Below are positions 7,722 through 17,557 of a stretch of 27,883 nucleotides of DNA, one piece after another. Under the pieces are notes generated by a model. It saw nothing but the letters and a program-made list of their open reading frames with translations. It had not been told where the DNA came from and did no database searches. The stretch's first letter is position 1. Every line of letters starts with the position of its first letter. The DNA comes from Pseudobacteriovorax sp. Its GTDB lineage: Bacteria; Bdellovibrionota_B; Oligoflexia; Oligoflexales; Oligoflexaceae. Position numbers and translations under genes: made by a program. The stretch covers positions 1 through 27,883 of the forward strand of contig JBNKNM010000057.1 in NCBI GenBank assembly GCA_050293845.1, given 5' to 3'.

Positions 7722-9460
7722 GACTTTTTGCCAAAAAATAACGAGAAAAACTTTCTCACCATAGCTCTGAATGAGCCAAAGCCTGACTTTTTTTGAACCA
7801 CAGGAGGTGACTGCTGTGGAGCTTGTTTTGACACAGGTGATTTACGGTATTTTTGTTTTTGTGAAGGGGACCTTTGCTGGTTGCCACGATCTGTTCTCTT
7901 CTTTTCGTACCCTGTATCTTTTTTACCTTGGTGCTTCCGGTTTGTATCGCGTTTCTGATCTTTATGACGACCCCTCTCAACGCCAGCTGATTTGGCTCTA
8001 TCTTTCCGATCACTTCGCTCATCTTTCTTGGGCTTGGTGGCCTGAGTGGTTCCAATAAAGTTAGGGTCTTGATAAGGATTCTTAGCATTATCTTCCGTTG
8101 CTAGCAGCGCTTCTGAGGCTAAAGTGACATCAATTTTAATCTGATCCCCAAGATAGGCTCTTATGGCTTCTAAGTATTGGCCATAATCTTCACATACCAA
8201 AGAGTAGGCTGAACCTGTCGCACCAGCCCGCGCCGTCCGGCCGATACGATGCACATAATTCGCGGCCTCACTCGGTAAATCAAAATTATAAACATGTGTA
8301 ATATCAGATATGTGCAAGCCACGACTGGCAACATCAGTTGCTATGAGAGCTTTCACCTCGCCCTTTTTAATACGGTTGATAAGGGATATGCGCCTCCTTT
8401 GAGGCAAATCGCCAGTGATCAAGTCTGCTTCAATGCCATTGTTGACAAGTTTGTAATGAACCCATTCAGCCACTACTTTAGTATTAGTAAAAATGATAGA
8501 ACACTTCGGCTTATGTTCACGAATCAGACCCAGCAAAACCTTCAATTTTTCTGTGGACTCACAGGCGAGGGCATGCTGTTCAATCCGCTCCGGGGTCATG
8601 ACTTCAGGGTTTACTGAAATATATTCAGGTTCTTCCAAGTACTCGAAGGCTAGTTCTTTTACCTGATCATTTGTTGTCGCAGAAAACAGCAGTTTTTGGG
8701 TTTCTTCACCGAGATGTTTAAGGAAGAACTCAATATCATCAATGAAGCCCATATCGAACATACGATCTGCTTCATCGCAAACAAATTGGAGACAATTTTT
8801 TAAGCTAAATAGCTTCTTTTGGTAGTAGTCTTTCAACCGGCCTGGTGTAGCTACAATAACATCAACACCACGAGAAATAGCCTTTGCCTGCTTTTCATAA
8901 TCAACCCCCCCATAAACAGGTAGGTAGGAAATGTCATTCGGCTCAAATACAGGTTGGGCATCCGCGGCAATTTGAACAGCCAACTCCCTCGTTGGCACTA
9001 AGATGATAGCAACGGGAGTTTTGTGCTTGGGATTCCCTTTCTTCAACTTGACGATTTCATTAGCAATAGTAATGAGAAAGACACCGGTTTTTCCGGTTCC
9101 TGTCTGCGCAAACCCAGCCACATCTCGACCAGGTAGGCTATAGGGAAGGCATTTACTTTGTACGGGAGTGGGGGCTTTCCAGCCCAACTTACTAATAGCC
9201 GCCTTAACACCATCCTCAAGTTTTGCCTCATCGAAAGAAGTAATGGTTTCTTTACTGCTTTCGTCGTCGAGAACTAGTTTGATGTCTTCCTCTGGATCAA
9301 CGACTGAAAGTTCATCCTCTATCGCAGCTTCAGATTCAACCTGAAGACCCTCTTGGGGAACCGCACCATCATCTTCTTCATTTGTTTGTTTTTTGGGGGG
9401 ACAGTCCTGGTCTTCAGAGGTAGTTGATTTCTCTTGGTTATCTTCTAATTTTTTACTCAT
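7718..9460 (-). CDS. rhlB: ATP-dependent DEAD-box RNA helicase, RhlB-like
   Basis: Q motif PTPVQ, GRDVAGFAQTGTGKT, PTRELAVQ, TPGRL, DEAD, SAT, DVASRGLHI (RhlB-type), HRIGRTARAG; acidic N-terminal and basic C-terminal extensions. Confidence 0.85.
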   Translation of the reverse strand: MSKKLEDNQEKSTTSEDQDCPPKKQTNEEDDGAVPQEGLQVESEAAIEDELSVVDPEEDIKLVLDDESSKETITSFDEAKLEDGVKAAISKLGWKAPTPVQSKCLPYSLPGRDVAGFAQTGTGKTGVFLITIANEIVKLKKGNPKHKTPVAIILVPTRELAVQIAADAQPVFEPNDISYLPVYGGVDYEKQAKAISRGVDVIVATPGRLKDYYQKKLFSLKNCLQFVCDEADRMFDMGFIDDIEFFLKHLGEETQKLLFSATTNDQVKELAFEYLEEPEYISVNPEVMTPERIEQHALACESTEKLKVLLGLIREHKPKCSIIFTNTKVVAEWVHYKLVNNGIEADLITGDLPQRRRISLINRIKKGEVKALIATDVASRGLHISDITHVYNFDLPSEAANYVHRIGRTARAGATGSAYSLVCEDYGQYLEAIRAYLGDQIKIDVTLASEALLATEDNAKNPYQDPNFIGTTQATKPKKDERSDRKDRAKSAGVERGRHKDQKRDTNRKHQGKKDTGYEKKRTDRGNQQRSPSQKQKYRKSPVSKQAPQQSPPVVQKKSGFGSFRAMVRKFFSLFFGKKS

Positions 9461-9499
9461 AAAACTTCTTTACTCGATTCGAAATGTAGCTCGAAAAAA

Positions 9500-9526
9500 T
9501 AATATATTGAAAAATTCGGCCGATAA
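9500..9526 (+). promoter_or_regulatory. Candidate sigma28 (FliA) promoter
   Basis: TAATATAT-N11-GCCGATAA versus consensus TAAAGTTT-N11-GCCGATAA (5/8 and 8/8), 31 nt before TTG 9558. Confidence 0.5.
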
Positions 9527-9557
9527 AACTGGTAAATCATACCAGGTGGTGATCATT

Positions 9558-10013
9558 TTGAGCGACGAAGACCACGACAAATCAGACGAAACCCTTGATA
9601 TCGATTCGGCGCAAGCGCCAGAAACGGGCAGTACACCCGAGAATACGCAGAATAACCTAGAAAGCGCCCATCTCCAAGAGCAAGCCCAAACAAACCATTC
9701 TGACTTGGAACCAGCATCAGATGTAAATCCCCAGCATGATGATAACAAAGATACAGATACTTTCCATGATAATGACAAAAAATCACAGGATTCTGCCTCA
9801 GAAAACCTCGTTCAAGTACTTGAAAATCTAGCTGACTTTGATAGTCGTATCGAAAGTGACCTACGATGGAAGGAGCGGTTGAAGCTTTTAACTTTAGACG
9901 CTAACTTAGGTTTGCCTTATTATAATCTATGGCGGTTAGAATCTAACATGCTATTCAGGCGTTCTGTTATCCTTCGTAAAAGAAGAAAGAAGTTAGAACA
10001 GAAAGGAGATTGA
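9558..10013 (+). CDS. Hypothetical protein: acidic disordered N-terminus plus basic helical C-terminal domain
   Basis: Open frame; start moved to TTG 9558 after AGGTGG (9544-9549) because the track start 9393 overlaps rhlB; stop is 1 nt from the next start. Confidence 0.65.
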   Translation: MSDEDHDKSDETLDIDSAQAPETGSTPENTQNNLESAHLQEQAQTNHSDLEPASDVNPQHDDNKDTDTFHDNDKKSQDSASENLVQVLENLADFDSRIESDLRWKERLKLLTLDANLGLPYYNLWRLESNMLFRRSVILRKRRKKLEQKGD

Positions 10014-10014
10014 C

Positions 10015-10818
10015 TTGTCTTCACTCTTTCGATTTATGCTGCTAGTTACGAGTTTTTACTACCTCAGCTCATGTGTAACCCCCCAAGAAGAAAGACAGAT
10101 TAAAGAAGATATTGCCCGACTTCAAAACCAAATGGCCTACATCCAAGACGATGTAGCTAAAACAGGCTCCTCTATTAAAACCGACGCTAGCAAGAAAACC
10201 GCGTCGATCAATTCTAAAATAGAGAAACTAAACCTTGAGATTCAGAAAATGAAGGGGGAGTTAGATACGCTCCGGGTCGGGGTCATTACAGGAGAATTGC
10301 CTGGTACCGGAGCGGAAAATGAAAATTCCATTGCCAAAACTATCGCCCAGATTATAGAACGCATGGATCTTATTGAAAAAAGTCAGAATAAAGTTCTTGA
10401 CGCCATAGCAGAGGTTGACAAGAAAGGGAAAAAGTCCAAAAAATCCCGAGAGCGTCCGAAGTTAAAAACCCTCAAAGCCCTGCGGCAGGCCTTTGCCAAA
10501 AAGCATTATCTTTATATTGTTGAAGATGCCAAGCCTATCATTAAAAGAAACACTAAGAACGCCAAGCATGAAGCCCAGTACCTCTATGCAGAAAGCCTCT
10601 ATAAATTGGGAAGGTTGCGCCCAGCAGCTTTGGGTTTTAATGACTTTTTGGAAATGGGGCCACAAAACCATCTAGCCCATGCCAAGCTCCGGCTTGGAGA
10701 TTGTTTTCGGCACTTGGGGGATCGTGCCACAGCACGGCTCTATTATGACGAGCTGATAAGCAAGCATGATGGCACAGCAGAAGCAAAGCTGGCTTTGGAT
10801 CGCCTTAAAAAATTGTAG
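10015..10818 (+). CDS. Lipoprotein, coiled-coil + TPR (CpoB/YbgF-like)
   Basis: Lipobox LSSC, long coiled coil, TPR-type EAQYLYAESLY / AHAKLRLGDCF / YDELISKH..T.EA; AGGAG 6 nt before TTG. Confidence 0.75.
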   Translation: MSSLFRFMLLVTSFYYLSSCVTPQEERQIKEDIARLQNQMAYIQDDVAKTGSSIKTDASKKTASINSKIEKLNLEIQKMKGELDTLRVGVITGELPGTGAENENSIAKTIAQIIERMDLIEKSQNKVLDAIAEVDKKGKKSKKSRERPKLKTLKALRQAFAKKHYLYIVEDAKPIIKRNTKNAKHEAQYLYAESLYKLGRLRPAALGFNDFLEMGPQNHLAHAKLRLGDCFRHLGDRATARLYYDELISKHDGTAEAKLALDRLKKL

Positions 10819-11024
10819 GTCAATTCCGCAGTTTTCTAACCCATTGATACAGATAAATATAGCGAATCTGCACGCAACTCCCGCAAAGACCATGTCATTT
10901 TTTCATAAACACATTTACTCCTGCACATTGCAGGGGACTTGATCAATACCACCGTGCTTTATATAACCCTTCACAAGGGCAGCTATTAACTAAATAATGC
11001 CCTTTTCTACTGAAAACAAGGACC

Positions 11025-12059
11025 TTGGGAGATACTCCGTTGAATATACTAGGTATAGAATCAAGCTGCGACGAAACAGCGGCATCTGTTGTACAAAATG
11101 GCTCAAGAGTCCTTAGCTCTGAAGTATTTTCCCAAATCGACACCCATAAGTTTTTTGGGGGCGTGGTCCCGGAAATTGCCGCACGGGAGCACCTTGCTGT
11201 CATTCATCCCATGGTGGAAAAAGCGCTAGCCCAGGCAGCCTGCTCCTTGGATGATATTGATGCCATTGCGGTCACCCAAGGGCCTGGGCTAGTAGGAGCT
11301 CTTCTGGTCGGCATTTCCTATGCCAAAGGTTTGGCTTTAGCAACTCGTAAGCCCTTGATCCCTGTAAATCATGTACATGCCCATGTCCATGGTGCTCTAT
11401 TGGGACTGGAGGTAGAACCTAAAAGCCTATTCCCCGCTTTAGCTTTGGTGGTTTCTGGGGGACATACCAATATTTATGCCATGGCAAACCCCCTCAGTTT
11501 TAAGCTGCTAGCCGCTAGTATCGATGATGCCTGCGGGGAAAGTTTTGATAAGGTAGCTAAACTTCTGGAACTCGGTTATCCCGGGGGACCTAAGATCGAG
11601 AAACTGGCCAAATTCGGTAGCTCTGGCCGCTATAAGATGCCTAAAATGGTCGAAGAAAAGGCAAGACTTGAGTTTAGCTATTCTGGATTGAAAACCCATG
11701 TGGTAAACTTAAGGCATCGGCAAAAAGGTATTTTTACCGAACAAGAAAAAGCAGACTTATGCTTTGCCTTCCAGGAAGAAGCCCTTGGCCAACTGGTACG
11801 CAAAGTACAATCTGCATTGCAGGGGCATACGGTACGCTCTGTTTTAATAGCAGGTGGTGTCGCAGCGAATCAAAGGTTTCGGGACATGCTCCAGCAGAAT
11901 ATTAATATCCCTGCATATTTTCCCCAGCTGCGGTACTGTTCCGACAATGCAGCTATGATTGCAGCACTGGGATTCTATCAAATAGATGCAGAAAAAGGTT
12001 ATCACCAAACATACGGCAATCTTAGCTGGGATGCCTTTTCAAGGTATACGTTCGGATAA
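11025..12059 (+). CDS. tsaD: tRNA N6-adenosine threonylcarbamoyltransferase
   Basis: ILGIESSCDETAAS, GGVVPEIAAREH, GPGLVGAL, HVHAH, VSGGHT, DDACGESFDKVAK, FSYSGLKT, GGVAAN, DNAAMIA. Confidence 0.96.
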   Translation: MGDTPLNILGIESSCDETAASVVQNGSRVLSSEVFSQIDTHKFFGGVVPEIAAREHLAVIHPMVEKALAQAACSLDDIDAIAVTQGPGLVGALLVGISYAKGLALATRKPLIPVNHVHAHVHGALLGLEVEPKSLFPALALVVSGGHTNIYAMANPLSFKLLAASIDDACGESFDKVAKLLELGYPGGPKIEKLAKFGSSGRYKMPKMVEEKARLEFSYSGLKTHVVNLRHRQKGIFTEQEKADLCFAFQEEALGQLVRKVQSALQGHTVRSVLIAGGVAANQRFRDMLQQNINIPAYFPQLRYCSDNAAMIAALGFYQIDAEKGYHQTYGNLSWDAFSRYTFG

Positions 12060-12082
12060 TCAAGGTAACAAGGAAAGATTTT

Positions 12083-12904
12083 ATGGGAAGGCGACAGAGC
12101 GGTGGTATCCGGCAGAAAAAATCTTTAGGACAGGTGTTCTTAAATACCGACTGGCCCGTTCGTAAAGTTGTGGATAAAATGAGCGAGTGGAAAGTTAAAA
12201 GAGTTATAGAAATCGGCCCCGGCCCCGGTATCCTCACAAGAGCTCTCCTAGATGCTGGCATCTTAGTTACTGCCGTGGAGCGCGACGATCGGTTTGTTGA
12301 GAGACTCCATGACTATAGAAACCTGGCTCATCCCGATCTAGCGGCAAGGCTTGAAATCGTGGGGGAGGATATTTTAAAATTTGACCTGGAATCCTGGATC
12401 GACCACTCCCATGAAGCTGCTGCCGTTGTAGGAAATATACCCTATAACATTTCGTCTCCTATTATTATGTGGTCACTTCCCTATCTGGACCGCCTTAAAG
12501 GCGTTAACTTTTTGACCCAGCTTGAGTTTGCTACTCGCCTCGCAGGTCAAGTGGGAACAAAAGCCTATGGGAGCCTTAGTGTATTTACCCAACTGCGTTC
12601 ATTAGTATCGATCGATTGTAAAGTCGAGCGAACTTGCTTTAACCCAGTTCCTAAAGTCGATAGCGCTTTAGTCACCTTAAGACCCCGCACCGAAAAACTC
12701 AGTCCGAAAAAACTCCGGGCAGTGGAAACCATTACGCGCTCAGCCTTTACACAACGGCGTAAAATACTCAAAAATGCTGTGAAGCAATACCTCGCTGACG
12801 AAGCCATGATAGCCCAATGCCCCATCGACCTCAATCGTCGCCCCGACTCTCTACGTCCTGAAGAATATATTGAGCTTGCCAACTTTATCTTCTCTAAAAA
12901 GTAA
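12083..12904 (+). CDS. rsmA: 16S rRNA adenine dimethyltransferase (KsgA)
   Basis: KKSLGQVFL, EIGPGPG, GNIPYNISSP, YGSLSV, F.PVPKVDS, FTQRRK. Confidence 0.95.
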   Translation: MGRRQSGGIRQKKSLGQVFLNTDWPVRKVVDKMSEWKVKRVIEIGPGPGILTRALLDAGILVTAVERDDRFVERLHDYRNLAHPDLAARLEIVGEDILKFDLESWIDHSHEAAAVVGNIPYNISSPIIMWSLPYLDRLKGVNFLTQLEFATRLAGQVGTKAYGSLSVFTQLRSLVSIDCKVERTCFNPVPKVDSALVTLRPRTEKLSPKKLRAVETITRSAFTQRRKILKNAVKQYLADEAMIAQCPIDLNRRPDSLRPEEYIELANFIFSKK

Positions 12905-12905
12905 T

Positions 12906-13214
12906 CTAGCTCTGGTCTGGATTGTAAGTATTCTGAAAGCTAAGATCGACAACGACTTCACTATCACAAACCCTGGCCTGGCACGCCAAGCGAATATCAG
13001 CATCACTAGGAAGGCCCATCTTCTCGAGCAGAGCTTTCTCATTCTCTTTGATATTTGATAATTGTCCTGAGACTTTGACACCACAAGTACCACATTGACA
13101 TGAAGCGCAACCGAATACGATATCAACTTTTGCGCGTCGTGCTGCGATCAGCAACTTGGTATCGGTAGGTACATCGATATGAGCTTGGCTAGGAAGAAAA
13201 GTGACCTTCGGCAT
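12906..13214 (-). CDS. 2Fe-2S ferredoxin
   Basis: MPKVTF start after AGGAG; C-x2-C-x-C-G-T-C and RLACQ motifs. Start corrected from 13268 to ATG 13214. Confidence 0.85.
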   Translation of the reverse strand: MPKVTFLPSQAHIDVPTDTKLLIAARRAKVDIVFGCASCQCGTCGVKVSGQLSNIKENEKALLEKMGLPSDADIRLACQARVCDSEVVVDLSFQNTYNPDQS

Positions 13215-13251
13215 CAGTGTACTCCTTTTGCCAAAGGTTACTTTGGCAATA

Positions 13252-14082
13252 TTATACAGATAAAGCAAATTCCCTTAATACATCGTTCAGCGATGTTTTA
13301 AGATCAGTAGATGGTTTACGATCACCAATAATATAAGCACAAGATGTAAATATCTTACCACCCTCAACCGCTTTTTCCTTAGTACCAGGAACCACAACAG
13401 CCCGCGCTGGAATTTTACCTTTGCTTTCCTTGATCGTACCACCTCGGGTATCAATAATGGGAGTGGAAGCTGTGATAGTCACATTTGCTGCAAGGACCGC
13501 TTCGTTACCAACTTCCACACCTTCAACAACGATCGCCCGTGAGCCAATAAAAGCCCCATCACCTATGATAACCGGTTTGGCTCCTGCAGGCTCTAATACT
13601 CCCCCAATTCCCACGCCTCCCGCAAGATGCACCTGGGCTCCGATTTGGGCACACGATCCTACTGTAGCCCAAGTGTCAACCATGGAACCACGACCAACAT
13701 AGGCCCCTATATTGACATAAGAGGGCATCAGAACAACCCCCTCTTCCATAAAGCTGCCATAGCGTGCTGTTGCCGGTGGCACTACACGAACCTTAAGCTG
13801 TTCATAGTTGTTCTTAAGGGGAATTTTATCAAAATAGGAGAAAGGACCCACATCAATTTTTTCCATTTTTGCAATGCGAAAATACATCAGAATCGCTTGC
13901 TTAGTCCACGGATGGGTCACCCAGTTATCATTTACTAAACTGGCAACTCTGACTTCTCCTCGGTCCAACAAATCTATAGTCTTTTCAATAGCCGGTGTGA
14001 CTTCTTCTAAAACAGAGGTATCACCACTTGCTAATCGTTCTGCAGCCTCTTCTATTGTGGCTTGTAATTCTGTTTTATTCAT
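13252..14082 (-). CDS. dapD: 2,3,4,5-tetrahydropyridine-2,6-dicarboxylate N-succinyltransferase
   Basis: LDRGEVRVA, WTKQAILMYF, FDKIPLK, RVVPPATARYG, LMPSYVNIGAYV, MVDTWATVGSCAQIG, GGVLEP, KTSLNDVLR; ATG 14082 after AAGGAGG, overlapping the dapC stop. Confidence 0.95.
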   Translation of the reverse strand: MNKTELQATIEEAAERLASGDTSVLEEVTPAIEKTIDLLDRGEVRVASLVNDNWVTHPWTKQAILMYFRIAKMEKIDVGPFSYFDKIPLKNNYEQLKVRVVPPATARYGSFMEEGVVLMPSYVNIGAYVGRGSMVDTWATVGSCAQIGAQVHLAGGVGIGGVLEPAGAKPVIIGDGAFIGSRAIVVEGVEVGNEAVLAANVTITASTPIIDTRGGTIKESKGKIPARAVVVPGTKEKAVEGGKIFTSCAYIIGDRKPSTDLKTSLNDVLREFALSV

Positions 14083-15262
14083 TAAGTCCTCCTTGGTAAC
14101 GTTTAGTAACAAAATCTTTTGTAATGGACATCGCAGTCTCTATGAGCTCAAGCTCAGGAACAAGGGCGAACCGGACATAGCCCTTTACCCCATCTCCAAG
14201 CCACTGTGAAGGGCTACAAATGACACCTTGTTTGGCCAAAGATAAACAAAAGTCCACATCATCATCGTTATGGGGAAGGCGACACCATATATAAAACCCA
14301 GCCTGAGGCTTTTGATCGACCAAGCCCATTTCATGCAACCTAATAAAAGCGACGTCCATGCGCTCCGAAAAAATTTTACGACGCCGCTCCACATGGGAGT
14401 CATCCTGCCAAGCCGTTGTTGCCGCTTTCTGGATGGGTAGGGGCGTCGCCACACCAAAATTAGCTCGCGCTTTAGTTACAAGCTCAATCAGTTGCTTATC
14501 ACCAATAATAAAGCCACTGCGATAACCCGTGAGTCCTGACCGTTTCGACAGACTCATAAACGACAAGGTTTTCTCCATCCCAATTTCAAGTATATGAACA
14601 GGACGATTGCCAGTGCCCTCCCAGCTACTATCATATATGTCCGTATAACAGTCATCGGTTAGCAAAATAACATCATTTTTATGGCACCAACTTTGAATCT
14701 TCTCCAGTTGCTCACGGTTTATTAACGCTCCTGTAGGATTGTGAGGATAATTAATCCACAATGCCGTAGCACGCTTCTGAATTTGCGCTGGTAGCTTCCA
14801 AGGCTGAATAATATAACCCTCTGATTCCTTTAGATCCACAGGCACAGGAATACCGCGCGCGAATAGGGCCGAGCTACGGTATACAGGATAACCTGGATTG
14901 GGGAACAAAATGTGATCTTTGGAACCTCGGCCTACTAAGCTTAGGGCGATATGAAAAACAGCCTCTTTGCTACCGTTGGTAGGAAGAATATCGATATCAT
15001 CCCGCTTATTTATGCCAAATCGGCGATTACAGTAACCCCAAATCGCATCCCGCAGTTCATCACAGCCGCGAATCGATGGATACTGGCTTATGGCAGGGAC
15101 AGCATTTTTTAAGGATTCGCGGATGGGCTCCCAGGTAGGGACTTGTGGATCACCGGTTCCAAAATCATAAACGTCTACATTTTGAGCCTTGAGCTTGGTA
15201 CGAATTTTTGCCAGTTCTTCCATCGGATAAGCTGGCAGGTTTAACGTGATGTCATTCAGCAT
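14075..15262 (-). CDS. dapC: PLP-dependent class I/II aminotransferase, probably N-succinyldiaminopimelate aminotransferase
   Basis: LPAYPM, GSKEAVF, WINYPHNPTG, DDCY, SLSKRSGLTGYRSGF (PLP lysine), YVRFALVP; translationally coupled to dapD. Confidence 0.8.
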   Translation of the reverse strand: MLNDITLNLPAYPMEELAKIRTKLKAQNVDVYDFGTGDPQVPTWEPIRESLKNAVPAISQYPSIRGCDELRDAIWGYCNRRFGINKRDDIDILPTNGSKEAVFHIALSLVGRGSKDHILFPNPGYPVYRSSALFARGIPVPVDLKESEGYIIQPWKLPAQIQKRATALWINYPHNPTGALINREQLEKIQSWCHKNDVILLTDDCYTDIYDSSWEGTGNRPVHILEIGMEKTLSFMSLSKRSGLTGYRSGFIIGDKQLIELVTKARANFGVATPLPIQKAATTAWQDDSHVERRRKIFSERMDVAFIRLHEMGLVDQKPQAGFYIWCRLPHNDDDVDFCLSLAKQGVICSPSQWLGDGVKGYVRFALVPELELIETAMSITKDFVTKRYQGGLNE

Positions 15263-15277
15263 AAATCGTCCTTTGGA

Positions 15278-16129
15278 CTAATAGGGGGAACCAAGGTTAT
15301 TTCTTACTTCCCAGAGTTCAGGAAACAGACGCTTTTCAAGAGTTGTCGCTAAGTATTTCGCTCCTAGGCTCCCTCCTGTCCCTGACAATGAACCTATCAT
15401 TCGTTCCACCATCATCATATGTCGATAGCGCCAGATGATAAATTGCTCATCCAGGTCCATTAGAGCTTCTAAAACGGCGTAGATTTCGTAGTTTTTAAGA
15501 TGATCCTGATAGATTTTGGTATAGGTTCGAATGATTCGCTCATGGGGTTGGTGCATCTGGCTGACATCCCGAGCGATAACTTCATCGGGGATATCGTAGC
15601 CAGCACGGTGCATATAACCTAAGAAACTGTCGTAAAGTGAAGGGGCTTTGAATGCTGCTTGCAATTTCTTTGTGGTTTCGGGCTCATGAACAAAATACTT
15701 AAAGTAACCTGGGTTTTTAAGCCCAAGCAAGAACTCCAAAACACGAAATTGGTGGGATTGAAAACCACTTGCCGGGTTGAGCAGGCTTCTAAAGTGATTA
15801 AACTCGTCAGGAGCCATCGTCTCTAGCACATTAATTTGCTGTATAAGAACCTTCTGAATGGCATCAACCCGTTTTAATGACCTTAGTACAGGCAATATTT
15901 CATTTTGATCAACAAACTTCTGGCACCGGTAGATTTCATGAAGCACCTGCTTAAACCATAACTCATAAACTTGATGAATGATGATGAATAAAGTTTCATC
16001 ATGGGCCTTAGGCTCCGTCAGCTCTTCCTGCAAGCTAAGCAGTTCGTGAATTTTAAGGTATTTGTCATATGTTAATGTGTCTTTGTCCGGTTTGATGAAA
16101 CCATTCTCATTATGCTTTTTTTGGCTCAT
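15278..16129 (-). CDS. kynA: Tryptophan 2,3-dioxygenase
   Basis: TYDKYL...LLSLQ, HDETLFIIIHQVYELWFKQ, ASGFQSHQFRVLEFLLG, WRYRH...VERMIG...GTGGS.G..YL, LFPELWEVR. Confidence 0.95.
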   Translation of the reverse strand: MSQKKHNENGFIKPDKDTLTYDKYLKIHELLSLQEELTEPKAHDETLFIIIHQVYELWFKQVLHEIYRCQKFVDQNEILPVLRSLKRVDAIQKVLIQQINVLETMAPDEFNHFRSLLNPASGFQSHQFRVLEFLLGLKNPGYFKYFVHEPETTKKLQAAFKAPSLYDSFLGYMHRAGYDIPDEVIARDVSQMHQPHERIIRTYTKIYQDHLKNYEIYAVLEALMDLDEQFIIWRYRHMMMVERMIGSLSGTGGSLGAKYLATTLEKRLFPELWEVRNNLGSPY

Positions 16130-16247
16130 TTAAAGTCCTATCAAATGATTGAGTTCCTCCATTTTCACGGACTCCCGTAAGAAAAACAAGGCTATTAGCG
16201 GGCGTAGGGCTCGGTGCCCCAGAATAAAACCGGTGTCTGGTGTTTCC

Positions 16248-17537
16248 TTAATCTAGAACTGCCAGCCATTCCATCTTTTCAGTATGGGGGAACATGTCAA
16301 AAGATTCTATTTGGCGAACCTTTTTCCCGGTTTTCATCAGTTCTTCCAAATCCCGAGCTAAGGTCTCCATTTCACAAGATACGTAGATAACGCGAGGCCC
16401 ATGCTTTTTCATGGTTTCCTTCAAAAACTCCCTTACCTCTGCTGAAAGCCCTTTACGCGCAGGATTGACCACTACTAACTTGGGAGCTTCCGCCCAGGAG
16501 GGAAAGTACTCGCTTACCGACTCTACCCTTCCGGATAAGAACTGTGGTGGGTTTTCAATTTGATTGCGGACCACATTTTTTTGGGCATCGCGGGTCGCTT
16601 GCGGGTTCTCCTCCACCCCTATCGTGTTAAAGCCACCTTGTGCTAAAAGCATAGAAATCTGTCCCGTTCCACAATAGAGATCCCAAGCCACAGAGTGTCC
16701 ATTATCCTGCCCCGCAATATGGGCTACCCGACGATAAATCAGCTCTGCTTGCCAAGGATTAACCTGGAAAAAGCTTGTGGGGCCAATTTCAAAGGAAAAA
16801 TTACATAGCTCTTCACGCAGGCGATCAGCGCCCGCTAAACGCTTGGACAAAGTCCCAAAAATCGTGTTTGTCCGCTCTCCATTCACGTTAACATGAGCTG
16901 AGCTGATGGTATGACCCAGATTGCGCAACTTTAAAACCATAGCCTTCAGTTCGTGCTTTTTTACGTCTGACGTACATACGAAAGTCACCATCAGCTGCTC
17001 GGTTAAGTGGGAAGCTCGTATAGCAAGATAACGCAAATCCCCCTGGTGAGAAGCCTCATCATAGGGTTCTAAGCTCGAAGCTTCCAAAGCAGGTTTAAGA
17101 TCCTTTATCAATCTGTTGATGCTCTGCCTATGGAGGGGACAAAATGAGATATCCACAATTTTATGGGAGTTGGGCTGAAACATGCCAATGGCAAAACGTT
17201 GGTTGGTATCTTTAGTATTCAGGGCCTGACTAGATGGGCGCACAGCTAATTTTGCATGACAACGGTACTCTAGAGACTTTGGTGAGCCTACGACTGGTTC
17301 CACCTGAGCACCATCTATCAGGTTTAACCGCTTAAGATGATCTATGCCATTCTGATACTTCTCTTGCAGTCTAGACTCGAAGCTTTGATTAATGTATTTG
17401 CAAGCCTGGCAGGTTTTTGCGATACGGCATACAAGTTTTGTCGAGCCATCTTTGGGCTTGTGTCGGCTGTGGTCTTGTTTCCACCGTGGGCTGCGGTATA
17501 TATTAGCTTTAGATTTCGGTTGATTATGTGATGTCAT
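16248..17537 (-). CDS. rlmD: 23S rRNA (uracil-C5)-methyltransferase, RlmD/RlmC family, no TRAM domain
   Basis: Fe-S motif CRIAKTCQAC...CP, SFFQVN, WDLYCGTG, NPARKG, YVSC, FDMFPHT..E. Confidence 0.85.
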   Translation of the reverse strand: MTSHNQPKSKANIYRSPRWKQDHSRHKPKDGSTKLVCRIAKTCQACKYINQSFESRLQEKYQNGIDHLKRLNLIDGAQVEPVVGSPKSLEYRCHAKLAVRPSSQALNTKDTNQRFAIGMFQPNSHKIVDISFCPLHRQSINRLIKDLKPALEASSLEPYDEASHQGDLRYLAIRASHLTEQLMVTFVCTSDVKKHELKAMVLKLRNLGHTISSAHVNVNGERTNTIFGTLSKRLAGADRLREELCNFSFEIGPTSFFQVNPWQAELIYRRVAHIAGQDNGHSVAWDLYCGTGQISMLLAQGGFNTIGVEENPQATRDAQKNVVRNQIENPPQFLSGRVESVSEYFPSWAEAPKLVVVNPARKGLSAEVREFLKETMKKHGPRVIYVSCEMETLARDLEELMKTGKKVRQIESFDMFPHTEKMEWLAVLD

Positions 17538-17557
17538 GGCCAGATTTTTGTCCTAAT

